64,000 nucleotides of DNA from Candidatus Bathyarchaeia archaeon (GCA_035530195.1 DATKVG010000103.1:4069-68068); one strand, 5' to 3'; shown: positions 28,223 through 37,341, numbered from the stretch's first letter. Translations and numbers: made by a program. The notes: a model not told the origin generated them from the letters alone.

Positions 28223-28267
28223 GTCCACTCAGTCCACTATGTCCACTACGTCCACTGCGTCCACTAC
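28223..28267. repeat. 5 x 9-bp tandem array GTCCACTNN immediately upstream of the four-helix-bundle gene start (inverted relative to the internal array)
   Basis: gtccactca gtccactat gtccactac gtccactgc gtccactac. It overlaps the tyrS stop codon. Confidence 0.75.
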
Positions 28268-29532
28268 ACAAACTTCAGCAGGTGGTAGTTCTTTTTCCCT
28301 TTGCGAATGACGGCGATGTTTCCTGCGCAAATCACGCCTTCGCTGGTGTTGATGTCGGCGTCAAGGCGTTCGTTGTTGAGGTAGAATCCGCCGCTTTCGA
28401 TGAGTCTCCTGGCCTCGCCTTTGCTCTTGAACACGGTGTGCTCGACCAGCACGTCGACCAGCGGGCGGTTCTTCCCCAGTTCGTCGCGCGAGATCTCCGT
28501 GGAAGGGACTTCGCTGAAGATCTCGGCGAGTGTGGCTTCGTCGAGCCCCTCGAGGGAGCCGCCGAACATGGCTTCGCTGGCCCGGACGGCGTTTTCGATC
28601 GCGGACTCCCCGTGAACTATCCGGGTGAGTTCTTCGGCGAGCCGGCGCTGTGCAGCCCGTTTCTCGGGCTCGTTAACGAGGCGCCGCTCGTACTCGGCGA
28701 TCTCGTCGGGAGCGAGAAACGTGAACAGCCTCAGCCACCGGGGCATGTCGGCGTCGGCCTGGTTGATCCAAAATTGGTAGAACTTGTATGGCGAGGTCCG
28801 GGCCGGGTCCAGCCAGATGTTGCCGCCTTCGCTCTTGCCAAACTTGGACCCGTCCGACTTCGTCACCAGCGGAAACGTGATCCCGAACACCGTGTATTCT
28901 CTTACGCGGCGGATCAGGTCCATTCCCGCCACGATATTGCCCCACTGGTCGCTGCCGCCGACCTGGAGCCGGCAGTTCTGGGTGTCGGCCAGATGGAGAA
29001 AATCGTAGGCCTGCAGGAGAACGTACGAGAACTCGGTAAAACTCATCCCGTGCTCGCGGTCTTCGATGCGCCCGCGTACCGACTCTTTGGCCAGCATGAC
29101 GTTTATCGAGAAATGCTTGCCAACGTCGCGCAGGAAATTGAGCAGCGGCATGTCGCAAAGCCAGTCGGAGTTGTTGAGGAGTCTTGCGGCGCTGGGCCCG
29201 TGGAAATCCAGGAACCGCTCGAGCTGCATCCGGATGCCTTCTGCGTTGGCCTCAACCTGCTTGCGGGTCAGGAGTTGGCGCTCCTGCACCTTGCCGCTGG
29301 GGTCGCCGATCAGGCCGGTCCCCCCGCCAACGAGCACGATCGGCTTGTGGCCGCGCCGCTGGAAATGGACCAGGCCCAGGATGGGAAGCAGGCTGCCGAT
29401 GTGCAGGCTGTCCGCCGTCGGGTCAAACCCGCAATACAGGGTGAACCGGTCCATCTCGAGGAGTTTGCCAACCTCCTCATGGGTCACCTGACTGATAAAG
29501 CCGCGCCAGGATAGCTCTTCAAACAGCGTCAT
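28264..29532 (-). CDS. tyrS: tyrosine-tRNA ligase
   Basis: The class-I HIGH-equivalent motif (FDPTADSLHIGSL) and KMSKS-equivalent (KFGKSEGG) are present, with a C-terminal S4-like domain. The ATG at 29532 has a GGAGAC RBS. The longer ORF-track start was rejected. Confidence 0.9.
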   Translation of the reverse strand: MTLFEELSWRGFISQVTHEEVGKLLEMDRFTLYCGFDPTADSLHIGSLLPILGLVHFQRRGHKPIVLVGGGTGLIGDPSGKVQERQLLTRKQVEANAEGIRMQLERFLDFHGPSAARLLNNSDWLCDMPLLNFLRDVGKHFSINVMLAKESVRGRIEDREHGMSFTEFSYVLLQAYDFLHLADTQNCRLQVGGSDQWGNIVAGMDLIRRVREYTVFGITFPLVTKSDGSKFGKSEGGNIWLDPARTSPYKFYQFWINQADADMPRWLRLFTFLAPDEIAEYERRLVNEPEKRAAQRRLAEELTRIVHGESAIENAVRASEAMFGGSLEGLDEATLAEIFSEVPSTEISRDELGKNRPLVDVLVEHTVFKSKGEARRLIESGGFYLNNERLDADINTSEGVICAGNIAVIRKGKKNYHLLKFV

Positions 29533-29768
29533 TGATTGTCTCCGCCCATTACGCCTAGCAGCCCGTGGGAAATGGCCGCGTGCAGACCGCGACGTCTTTT
29601 GCCGCGGGCTGCCAGGGCCCGGAATTTCGAACGCTACCACATTACCGAATCGGGGTCAAGAATGACCCTAGGGAAACCTGGTACGGCGGGCTGCAGTTCT
29701 TTCATAATTCTTGATTTTGTGTCAATGAAATCCTGTTGACTTTTCCAGCGTGTATCGGCAAACTAGAT

Positions 29769-29875
29769 GCGACGGCTTTTTAAGCCGCGGCTTAAGAAGC
29801 CGCATTCAGAATCTTTGTTCGCGACCTTGAGCTAACATCTACGCGCCGTGCGCAGATGTCGCGAACAAAGATTCT
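29769..29875. repeat. palindromic repeat element, copy 2 (inverted orientation relative to copy 1)
   Basis: It has the same 18-bp inverted repeats. The internal 32 bp is the near reverse complement of copy 1's internal segment. The tail hairpins are on the opposite side. Confidence 0.7.
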
Positions 29876-29919
29876 AATAGCAAGTGAGGTAATGACATAT
29901 ATTTGGGAGGGGTACGTTT

Positions 29920-32163
29920 ATGTTTGGGCGATCCGGTAGCCATATTCTGCCGGCCCTGGTGCTCTTGGGGGCATTGCTGGTTGGGTGCCCGGAGGGTCCG
30001 CGCGACCTTGGAGCGGAACCCGAAGCGCGGTTTGAGGCGGTGCCAAGGTCTGGTCATGTGCCGCTGCTGGTAGAGTTTTTTGACTCATCGGATCCGGGGG
30101 TATCGGGCATAGCGCAGTGGTACTGGGACTTCGGCGACAACACCTCGAGCACCGACCGCGACCCGCGTCACACATATTACATGGCAGGCAACTACACCGT
30201 TTCGCTGCGGGTCACTACGGCGATTGGATCGAGCACAAAGATCGTCCCCAATTGTGTCAGCGTTACGGATCCGATAGCCGTGGTCGCAATAGACAGCGAC
30301 GGCGGAACACTTGAGGCGTTCGACGGGACGTTGACGGCGCCCGCCGGGGCGTTTGCGAGCCGGGTTATAGTGGGTATGACGGCAGGCGAAGGGCAGATGC
30401 CGGTGGATTTCTCGGAACAGGAACAGGTTGTATCGGCCGTCTATACGATCCAGCATGATCAGCCTGACCTGCACGTCGACCCGCGCAAGGCACTGGAAGT
30501 AGACCTTCCATTCTATGCGCCCATGGTGCCGGAATCGGACCGGACGGGCGAGAAGCTGTATTTGTTTGCGCGGTATGGGAACGGGGTTCGCACGCCCATC
30601 CCGGGGCGCGTATCGGGTGAACGATTCATTGCGGACATAGCGGGTCTGCCGCACACGGCCGATTACGCGGTCGTGTACTGCCCGACGATGGCGGCGGTAA
30701 CGGTGATAGCGGAACAAATCTTTAAAACGCCTACCAGCTATCGCTGGGACACGGCCAAGTGGCGGTTGGCCTATTCGGCGGGCATGTTGCAGGCCCTGAC
30801 GGCCCTGCGCGTGGGCAACCCGCACTTCCTGCAACCGTACGACTGGCGCGATTTTTCCGGGCCGGACACAGACCAAACCCTGGCGGAGTTGCGCGATGAG
30901 GTGGCGGAAGTGCATCAGGCGGCGGACGAGGCAGGCTTTATCAGCCCCGCCCTCAATGTGACGCCGGACAACGAGTACAACCTGTTGTTCTACCCCATGA
31001 AACCGCCCGCCAGCAATTTTGACTGCGTGGCCGAAACCCTGTATGCCACTTCGCTTTTCGGCTCGATCGTGATCGACCCGGAACAACTGGTGGCGATCTG
31101 CAAGCGGCAGGCAGACGCCGATTCCGATGGCGTCCAGGAGCTGGAATTCCTGCACGCGTTTACCGAGGAGCTTTTCCGCGCTATGTTCCGTGGCTATGAC
31201 TACCCGTTCTACACGATCGCGGTTGCTCCCCGGTACGGTACCGACAGAAGACCGGTCAACGTACCGTTCACGCTTGGATTCAACGAAGGGCTCGCCGTCT
31301 ACACCAGCCAGATAGCCGCGGGCGAAATCGCCTACCGGCCTGCCGGGACAGGCTACACGGCCATTTTGAAACCGCGCGCGTTCAGCCCCAACGAATACGC
31401 CCTGCTCAGCGAGCCGCTGTTCGCACCGGCTTCCCCGCGGACGTGCGGCTATGCCACCGCCACCCAGGACTTCTTTTTCTACCTCGCCAACAAGTACGCG
31501 CCGGCGGGGGACCCGCTGACGTTTGTCGCGGATTCGTACGACGGCGTGCTCGAGATGTTGCGCATGAACGCGGGCGCGCCGGGTGTCACCGATTATGAAA
31601 CCGCGATGCGGCAGGCCCGGATGGCGGTGGATGTCACGTTGCTCCGGCTGTTCGACAAAGGGCTGCCGGAAATCTATTGGGATTACGCCTGCGACAGGGC
31701 GTTCGAAAACCCCAGCGACTCCAAGATACGCCCCAGCGACTATTTCCGCAAGGCGTACACGTTCAATGACGACCGGTTTGAAACCCAGGCGGTGGTGCGG
31801 GCGACGATCAACGGCCTGTACGAGCAAGTGTTCACCCGCGTGGGGTATCCGCGGCTGGGCGACGTGCCCCCCCTGACCACCGTGGCGGTCGTGCTGACGG
31901 CCGCGAACGCCTTTTCCTGCGACCTGAAGGTGGCCGTCAACGCGTACGACTGGGACGTCGACACGTACGGCAACAGGATGCGCGCAAAAGCCTATCTGAA
32001 CGGATCGGACGGCATCGAAATGACGGCCATCGAGTCGGAAGCCGTCCTGCCGGGATTCGGCGCAACATCGACCACCAAAAAGGCGGTGGTGCTGCTCAGC
32101 AACACTTCGATGGAAGACTCCTACTCCGTAGAGGTGACGGTGACGCCGCGCGCGCGCCTATAA
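29920..32163 (+). CDS. PKD-domain lipoprotein of unknown function
   Basis: Signal peptide with lipobox (LLVGC). A PKD domain is present (WDFGDNTSSTDRDPRHTYYMAGNYTVSLRV). The remaining ~600 aa have no recognisable domain. Confidence 0.7.
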   Translation: MFGRSGSHILPALVLLGALLVGCPEGPRDLGAEPEARFEAVPRSGHVPLLVEFFDSSDPGVSGIAQWYWDFGDNTSSTDRDPRHTYYMAGNYTVSLRVTTAIGSSTKIVPNCVSVTDPIAVVAIDSDGGTLEAFDGTLTAPAGAFASRVIVGMTAGEGQMPVDFSEQEQVVSAVYTIQHDQPDLHVDPRKALEVDLPFYAPMVPESDRTGEKLYLFARYGNGVRTPIPGRVSGERFIADIAGLPHTADYAVVYCPTMAAVTVIAEQIFKTPTSYRWDTAKWRLAYSAGMLQALTALRVGNPHFLQPYDWRDFSGPDTDQTLAELRDEVAEVHQAADEAGFISPALNVTPDNEYNLLFYPMKPPASNFDCVAETLYATSLFGSIVIDPEQLVAICKRQADADSDGVQELEFLHAFTEELFRAMFRGYDYPFYTIAVAPRYGTDRRPVNVPFTLGFNEGLAVYTSQIAAGEIAYRPAGTGYTAILKPRAFSPNEYALLSEPLFAPASPRTCGYATATQDFFFYLANKYAPAGDPLTFVADSYDGVLEMLRMNAGAPGVTDYETAMRQARMAVDVTLLRLFDKGLPEIYWDYACDRAFENPSDSKIRPSDYFRKAYTFNDDRFETQAVVRATINGLYEQVFTRVGYPRLGDVPPLTTVAVVLTAANAFSCDLKVAVNAYDWDVDTYGNRMRAKAYLNGSDGIEMTAIESEAVLPGFGATSTTKKAVVLLSNTSMEDSYSVEVTVTPRARL

Positions 32164-32176
32164 TCGCCGGCGCCGG

Positions 32177-32695
32177 TTACGGGTCCGACAGCGCGTCAAA
32201 CATCGCCACGAGTTCCCGGTGCGCCCGGAACGGCAGCGGGGGGCGATTTTCGCGCGAGAAAAACCGCAGGTCGACCACGTCCGAGCAGGGCTGCAACGTG
32301 CCGGACCATTCGCCCACATAGTAGCCGAGAACCGTCACGGCGCCGTAGAAACGGCTCTGCTGGGTGCTCACGCCGACAAGGCGGAGCGAGGCGATATCGA
32401 GCGTGGTTTCTTCGCGCATCTCCCGCACAATGGCTTCCTCGGTGGTCTCGCCGATTTCGACAAACCCCCCCGGCAGCGTCCATTCGCCCACACACGGCTC
32501 CACCGCCCGCTGCGCCAGCAGCAGGTTGTCGTCTCGCGTGATGAAACAACACACCGCGGGCACGGGATTGCGGTAATAGAACCTGCGGCAGCGGTCGCAC
32601 CGCGGCTGTTCCTTCTCGCCATCGAAGCACAGCCTCAATCTCCCGCCGCAAATCGGGCAATAGTTCCAGCAGAAATCTTCAGGATCGAATGCCAT
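32177..32695 (-). CDS. NUDIX hydrolase with N-terminal zinc-ribbon (NudC-like)
   Basis: A CxxC...CxxC zinc ribbon (CPICGG...CDRCRR) precedes the Nudix box GGFVEIGETTEEAIVREMREETTL. Confidence 0.8.
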   Translation of the reverse strand: MAFDPEDFCWNYCPICGGRLRLCFDGEKEQPRCDRCRRFYYRNPVPAVCCFITRDDNLLLAQRAVEPCVGEWTLPGGFVEIGETTEEAIVREMREETTLDIASLRLVGVSTQQSRFYGAVTVLGYYVGEWSGTLQPCSDVVDLRFFSRENRPPLPFRAHRELVAMFDALSDP

Positions 32696-32797
32696 GCCCT
32701 AACTCTAGCAGGCTTCATGCCAAACGGCAAAAGCCAATCGTCCCAACTGTCCCGCAGTCCCACGTCCGGCGCAACACAAGAAACCTGCCGGCAGCGG

Positions 32798-33799
32798 CTA
32801 AATCCCGCCATATTGTCGCTTATAGTATTCGAGGTACTCGCCGGTCTTGATCTTGCGCCACCACCATTCGTTCTGCTGGTACCACTGCACCGTTAGTTCA
32901 ATGCCTTGGTCCCAATCCATGGCCGGCGCCCAGCCGAGCCGATTGAGTTTGGCGGGGTAGATCGAATAGCGGCGGTCGTGGCCGGGCCGGTCGGGGACGA
33001 GCCGGATCAGGTCTTCGCTCTTGCCCATGATGGCGAGGATGCGGCGGGTCAACTCGATGTTTTCGCGCTCGTTGCCGCCGGCGATGTTGTAGATCTGGCC
33101 GGGCTCGCCTCTGCGCAGCGCGCAATCGATCCCGCTGCAATGGTCTTCGACGTACAGCCAGTCGCGCACGTTGTGCTCGCCGCCCTGATACAGCGGCAGG
33201 GGGAGGTTGTCGATGGCGTTTGTCACGAACAGCGGCAGGACTTTCTCCGGGTATTGGTTGGGCCCGTAGGTGTTTGAACCGCGCGTGATGATGACGGGCG
33301 CCTGGAACGTCGTGAAGTACGCCATGCCCATCAGTTCGCCCCCGGCCTTGCTCGCCGAATACGGGTTGCGCGGCGAGATCGGGTCCGTTTCGGAAAACGA
33401 CCCGCGGTCGATGCTGCCGTAGACCTCGTCGGTCGAGACGAGCAGCACCCGGCTTGTGCCAAGCTTACGGGCGGTTTCGACGATGTTGTGGACGCCGCGC
33501 ACGTCCGTGTCGATGAATTCGGACGCGCCGAGGATGCTGCGATCGACGTGGGTTTCGGCGGCGAAATTGACAACGGCATCGCAGCCCTGCATGGCTTCAG
33601 CGAGCGCGTCGGCGTTAGCGATGTCGCCGCGGATGAATGTGTAACGCGACTCATCAATCCCTTTAAGGTTGTCGAGGTTGCCCGCATAGGTAAGCTTGTC
33701 GAAATTGCGGACTTTGATATCCGCGTAATGGTCAAGCTGGTATTTGACGAAATGCGAGCCGATAAACCCCGCACCGCCCGTGACCAAGATGTTTTTCAC
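32798..33799 (-). CDS. rfbB: dTDP-glucose 4,6-dehydratase
   Basis: Starts MKNILVTGGAGFIGSHFV (Rossmann fold). The YxxxK catalytic motif is present. Typical RmlB length (333 aa). Confidence 0.9.
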   Translation of the reverse strand: MKNILVTGGAGFIGSHFVKYQLDHYADIKVRNFDKLTYAGNLDNLKGIDESRYTFIRGDIANADALAEAMQGCDAVVNFAAETHVDRSILGASEFIDTDVRGVHNIVETARKLGTSRVLLVSTDEVYGSIDRGSFSETDPISPRNPYSASKAGGELMGMAYFTTFQAPVIITRGSNTYGPNQYPEKVLPLFVTNAIDNLPLPLYQGGEHNVRDWLYVEDHCSGIDCALRRGEPGQIYNIAGGNERENIELTRRILAIMGKSEDLIRLVPDRPGHDRRYSIYPAKLNRLGWAPAMDWDQGIELTVQWYQQNEWWWRKIKTGEYLEYYKRQYGGI

Positions 33800-34644
33800 T
33801 GGTTTTGCCGCCTCCTTTGGATGTAACCGGCGAGCGCCTCCTGCCAGGCGCGCATGGTATTGCCGGTCAGCTTCTCATATTTCTCGTTGGAGAGCACCGA
33901 GTATAACGGCCGCTTCGCCTTCATCGGGAAAGCCTCCGCGGAACACGGTTCCACGCGCGTATCAAGCCCGGCCAGTTCAACAATTGTTCGCGCAAACTCG
34001 TAACGCGAGCACGAGCCGCTGTTGACGACATGGAACGTGCCGACCGCCCCGGCCGATGCCAGCGCCGCCGTAGCTTCCACCAAGTCGAACGTGTAGGTTG
34101 GCGAGCCGACCTCGTCCTCGACGACGGTGAGCGAAGGGCGCGTCTGGGCGGCGCGGATAATTTTTTCCACGAAGTTATTGCCGCCGGGGCCGTAAAGCCA
34201 CGCGGTCCGGATGATGCAGTGGCGGTCGTTGTTTTCGCGCGTCGCTTCCTCGCCGGCCAGCTTGGATGTGGCATAGACGCAAAGCGGGGTCGGCGCGTCT
34301 TCGGGCACGTAGGGAGACCTTTTTGTGCCGTCGAAGACGAAATCGGTGCTGTAATAAACAACGGCGGCGCCCGCACGCGCAGAAGCCCGCGCGATATGGC
34401 CTGCCCCCGTTTCGTTCACCCTGAATGCGGAGGCGGGGTTGTCTTCCGCGGCCTCGACGTCCGTGTATGCGGCCGCATTGATGACCAGATCCGGCCGGGC
34501 TTCCCGCATGAACTCCTCCACCGCACCAAAATCCGCGATGTCCACTTCCGGAAGGTCGGCCGCAAAAACCTCGCCGTCACGGCTAAACCGCGCGCACAGG
34601 TCGCGCCCCAGTTGGCCTTTCGATCCGAATAGGATTGTCAGCAT
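33796..34644 (-). CDS. rfbD: dTDP-4-dehydrorhamnose reductase
   Basis: An RmlD-like short Rossmann protein (MLTILFGSKGQLG...). It overlaps the rfbB start by 4 nt. Confidence 0.85.
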   Translation of the reverse strand: MLTILFGSKGQLGRDLCARFSRDGEVFAADLPEVDIADFGAVEEFMREARPDLVINAAAYTDVEAAEDNPASAFRVNETGAGHIARASARAGAAVVYYSTDFVFDGTKRSPYVPEDAPTPLCVYATSKLAGEEATRENNDRHCIIRTAWLYGPGGNNFVEKIIRAAQTRPSLTVVEDEVGSPTYTFDLVEATAALASAGAVGTFHVVNSGSCSRYEFARTIVELAGLDTRVEPCSAEAFPMKAKRPLYSVLSNEKYEKLTGNTMRAWQEALAGYIQRRRQNQ

Positions 34645-34936
34645 GATGCCCTATGCGGCCTCGCCGCCCGTTTTAGCCCTATTGTACACGATTTCAAAAC
34701 GCCCACCCAGCAAGACCTGTCACTATTATAGTTTTATACCCATATAAACTAAAGATTTCCCGATTCGAGCCGATGAATTGAGTAAGCCAAGACACGGAGG
34801 TCGGAGGCGGCAGGACAAGCGACACGGAGGTCGCGACAGTTGAAGAGAGACTGACGCAAACGGTGGGGCGCCTATCCCGCGGGATAAAATCCCGGCGCCA
34901 ACGCGGCCAGCGTTTGTTTTTACGGTCTTCCTCCTT

Positions 34937-34980
34937 GAGTGGCGCCACGGTTCGTCGTGGCGCTTTTTCTTTGCCCGCCG
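34937..34980 (+). other. terminator-like hairpin A in the 950-bp non-coding region (GGCGCCACG-gttcgt-CGTGGCGC then TTTTTCTTTG)
   Basis: Read directly. It is preceded by a CCUCCU (anti-SD-like) motif. Confidence 0.4.
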
Positions 34981-35116
34981 CTAAAGTTTAGGCGCTCGCA
35001 GCCGATAAAAAAATCGTAAGGTTCAGGCACTTGAATCCAATCAAGAACGCGCCGGCGGGTGCCAATCCCAACACCCGGCAGTCCGGCGCCGTCCCAAGAA
35101 TCTTACCTCCTTTGAG

Positions 35117-35160
35117 TGCGCCATGACGCGGGTTATGGCGCTCTTCCTTTTGCCGCCGTT
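35117..35160 (+). other. terminator-like hairpin B (GCGCCAT-gacgcgggtt-ATGGCGC then TCTTCCTTTT), paralogous to hairpin A
   Basis: Read directly. It has the same upstream CCUCCUUUGAGUG context as hairpin A. Confidence 0.4.
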
Positions 35161-35498
35161 GAAACACCTCGCGCGTCTAAACCCATTCCGCTAAAGTTCC
35201 CGAACCGCCGGTCGATAAGTACTTCAGAGCCGGACAGGGAGGTCCAAAAACGTGACAAGGACGTCGCCGGCCTTAAGGCTGGGTTGTAAGGACGGTTGAA
35301 TCGGGCTCGGCGGGCGGCCCACTCGGTCCGAGCGAGTGCCGGCCGCAGGATTCAACAGTCAATCCTCTGAGAGTGGCGCTGTGGCGGCCGCAACGACGGC
35401 CGGCACGGCGCCGCATTCTTTATTGCAGGTTGCGGATTAACTGCGGCCGATCTAAACGCGCTTGAGACAATTGGAACCTATTCAATCCGCAATCTGTC

Positions 35499-35545
35499 GG
35501 GGCGCCCCCCGGCAGTTCGTGGGGGGTGTCCCCATTTTAGCTTTG
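35499..35545 (+). other. very stable G/C hairpin (GGGG..CCCCCC-ggcagttcgt-GGGGGG..CCCC) followed by ATTTTAGCTTTGG
   Basis: Read directly. It lies 55 nt beyond the truA stop on the opposite strand. Confidence 0.4.
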
Positions 35546-35599
35546 GGCTTAACCGCGGTTTGTTCTATTCGCTGTTCCGTTTAATCCGCAATCCGCAAT

Positions 35600-36373
35600 T
35601 CACTCATACTCGACCGCCATCAGCACGAGGCCGTGGGCCGGCGCCGTGTAGCCGCGGTACGGACCCGGCGAAGTAAGACGCTCATCGAGCGTCGACGCGG
35701 GCAGCAGGCCGCGCGCAATGTCAATCAGGGTGCCGGTAAGGTTGCGCACCATCTTGTAGAGGAACGCATCGCCGCGGAATTCCAGACGCCACAAGCCTTC
35801 GGCGTCAACGGGACCGGCAAACCCGCCCTCGATCAACTCGACCGAATGCAGGGTTCGGACGGTGGTCGCGCTCGAGGCGCCCGCGCATTGAAACCCGGCG
35901 AAATCGCGCCGGCCCGTGATGTGCCCGGCCAGTTCGGCGAGCCGTTGGAGGTCTACGGGCCACGGGACCAGCCACGCGTACCGCGCCGTGAACGGGTCCG
36001 GGAATTTGGCAAAGGAAAATGCATACGCATAGCGTTTGCCCGTGGCGGAGAAACGGGCATCGAAGTCATCCGGCGCAACTTCAACCGACTCGGCACGCAA
36101 ATCGGGGCTGAGCATGCCCGAGATCGATCTCCGCAGCTTTTCCGTATCGGGTTCGAGCGGCCATTGAAAGTTGCAAACCTGCCCGAGCGCGTGGGCGCCC
36201 GCGTCGGTTCTCCCGGCCCCGCGTACACTGATCGCGCGCGACGCAATCGTGGACAATACGCGCTCGAGTTCCCCCTGGACGGTTCTCAGACCCGGCTGGA
36301 CCTGCCAGCCGGCGAACCCCGAGCCGTCGTACCGGACCGTGGCTTTGATGTTCACGTTGCCCTGGCCGCGCAC
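35600..36373 (-). CDS. truA: tRNA pseudouridine(38-40) synthase
   Basis: The TruA signature (RYDGSGFAGWQVQ) and a catalytic Asp region are present. The start is either the ATG at 36373 (22-nt overlap with eda) or the GTG at 36355 (GTGA overlap). Confidence 0.85.
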   Translation of the reverse strand: MRGQGNVNIKATVRYDGSGFAGWQVQPGLRTVQGELERVLSTIASRAISVRGAGRTDAGAHALGQVCNFQWPLEPDTEKLRRSISGMLSPDLRAESVEVAPDDFDARFSATGKRYAYAFSFAKFPDPFTARYAWLVPWPVDLQRLAELAGHITGRRDFAGFQCAGASSATTVRTLHSVELIEGGFAGPVDAEGLWRLEFRGDAFLYKMVRNLTGTLIDIARGLLPASTLDERLTSPGPYRGYTAPAHGLVLMAVEYE

Positions 36374-37017
36374 ACCGCGTTGGCAAACCGTTTGGCGTTT
36401 TCCGTCAGGCCTTTGTAGTCGCGGGCCGCCAAGAGTTTCTTGCTCACCAGGTTACCCCCGACTCCCAGCGCGGACGCGCCCGCCTTGAGGAACGCGCCGA
36501 TGTTGTCGAGTTCGACGCCGCCGGTGGGAACGAGCGGCACCTGCGGCAACGGCCCTTTCAGCGCCTTGATGTAATCGGGCCCGCCGATGCTTGCCGGAAA
36601 CACTTTGACAAAATCGGCGCCGTTTTCCCACGCCGTCAGGATTTCCGTGGGCGTGTACGCGCCGGCGAACACGGGTTTGCCGTACCGGCGCGCCATCTGG
36701 ATGACGGGGATTGATAGCGTCGGCGTCACAACGTACTGCGCCCCCGCCAGGATCGCCATCCGGCACGTCTCCGAATCCAGCACCGTCCCCACCCCCAGCA
36801 GGACGTCCGCGCCCGCCAGGTTTCTCGACGCGGTCTCGATACACTCGAGGGCGCCGGGCGTCGTCATCGTAACCTCGATACACTGGACGCCGCCCGCGGC
36901 AACAGCTTCCACGACTCGCGACAACTCCTCCCCGCCCGACTTGGCAGCCGAATCGGCGCGAACCACGGCCACAATGCATTTATCCAGCACGTATTGAATA
37001 GCGGCGTACTTGTCCAT
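36352..37017 (-). CDS. eda: KDPG / KHG aldolase
   Basis: TIM-barrel aldolase of the Eda family (VVRADSA...IEVTMTTPGALE...GVGTVL...FVKVFPA), 221 aa. Confidence 0.8.
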   Translation of the reverse strand: MDKYAAIQYVLDKCIVAVVRADSAAKSGGEELSRVVEAVAAGGVQCIEVTMTTPGALECIETASRNLAGADVLLGVGTVLDSETCRMAILAGAQYVVTPTLSIPVIQMARRYGKPVFAGAYTPTEILTAWENGADFVKVFPASIGGPDYIKALKGPLPQVPLVPTGGVELDNIGAFLKAGASALGVGGNLVSKKLLAARDYKGLTENAKRFANAVCAARAT

Positions 37018-37174
37018 GGCATTTCTCCGATCTAACAGTCGCTAAGTCCTTTGTTTCTGGCGAAGAGCCTTTAGTAACTCTGTCCTTGGAAGCAGCGGTG
37101 GGGTCGAGATCCTGCTCGACCGTGGCTCCAACATCCCAACCTGCGCCTCCGGGGTACCGCCTCTGCCACCACCC

Positions 37175-37209
37175 GGTCGCGCGGGAGCGCGACCCCACCG
37201 CATTGCAGC
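37175..37209. repeat. REP-like hairpin element, copy 2
   Basis: ggtcgcgcgggagcgcgaccccaccgcattgcagc lies in the eda / LmbE-like divergent region. Confidence 0.6.
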
Positions 37210-37235
37210 ACATGGGCCGCAACCGATGCAACCTT

Positions 37236-37271
37236 TTGGCACATCGGATCGGTCGGATCCGTCGGATCGGT
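37236..37271. repeat. 4 x 9-bp tandem repeat (CGGATCGGT / CGGATCCGT) upstream of the LmbE-like deacetylase gene
   Basis: Read directly as cggatcggt cggatccgt cggatcggt cggatcggt. Confidence 0.7.
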
Positions 37272-37341
37272 CGGATCGGTTCTGTAGCCCACGTGCACAA
37301 AACCCCAAAAATTCGTTATAGTACCCGAGGGAGGATTTGCA

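Noticed and set aside
30085-31827. 580-aa minus-strand ORF inside the PKD lipoprotein gene
   Set aside because: The plus-strand frame has a signal peptide, lipobox and PKD domain. The minus frame is Arg-rich noise.
34694-34948. 84-aa minus-strand ORF in the long non-coding spacer
   Set aside because: No RBS, an odd composition (RW-rich N-terminus), and it overlaps repeat/hairpin elements. It is more likely non-coding.
35350-35420. CUGAGAG motif suggesting a TPP riboswitch
   Set aside because: The other TPP aptamer signatures (GGGGUGCCC, AACCUGAUC, CGUAGGGAA) are absent.
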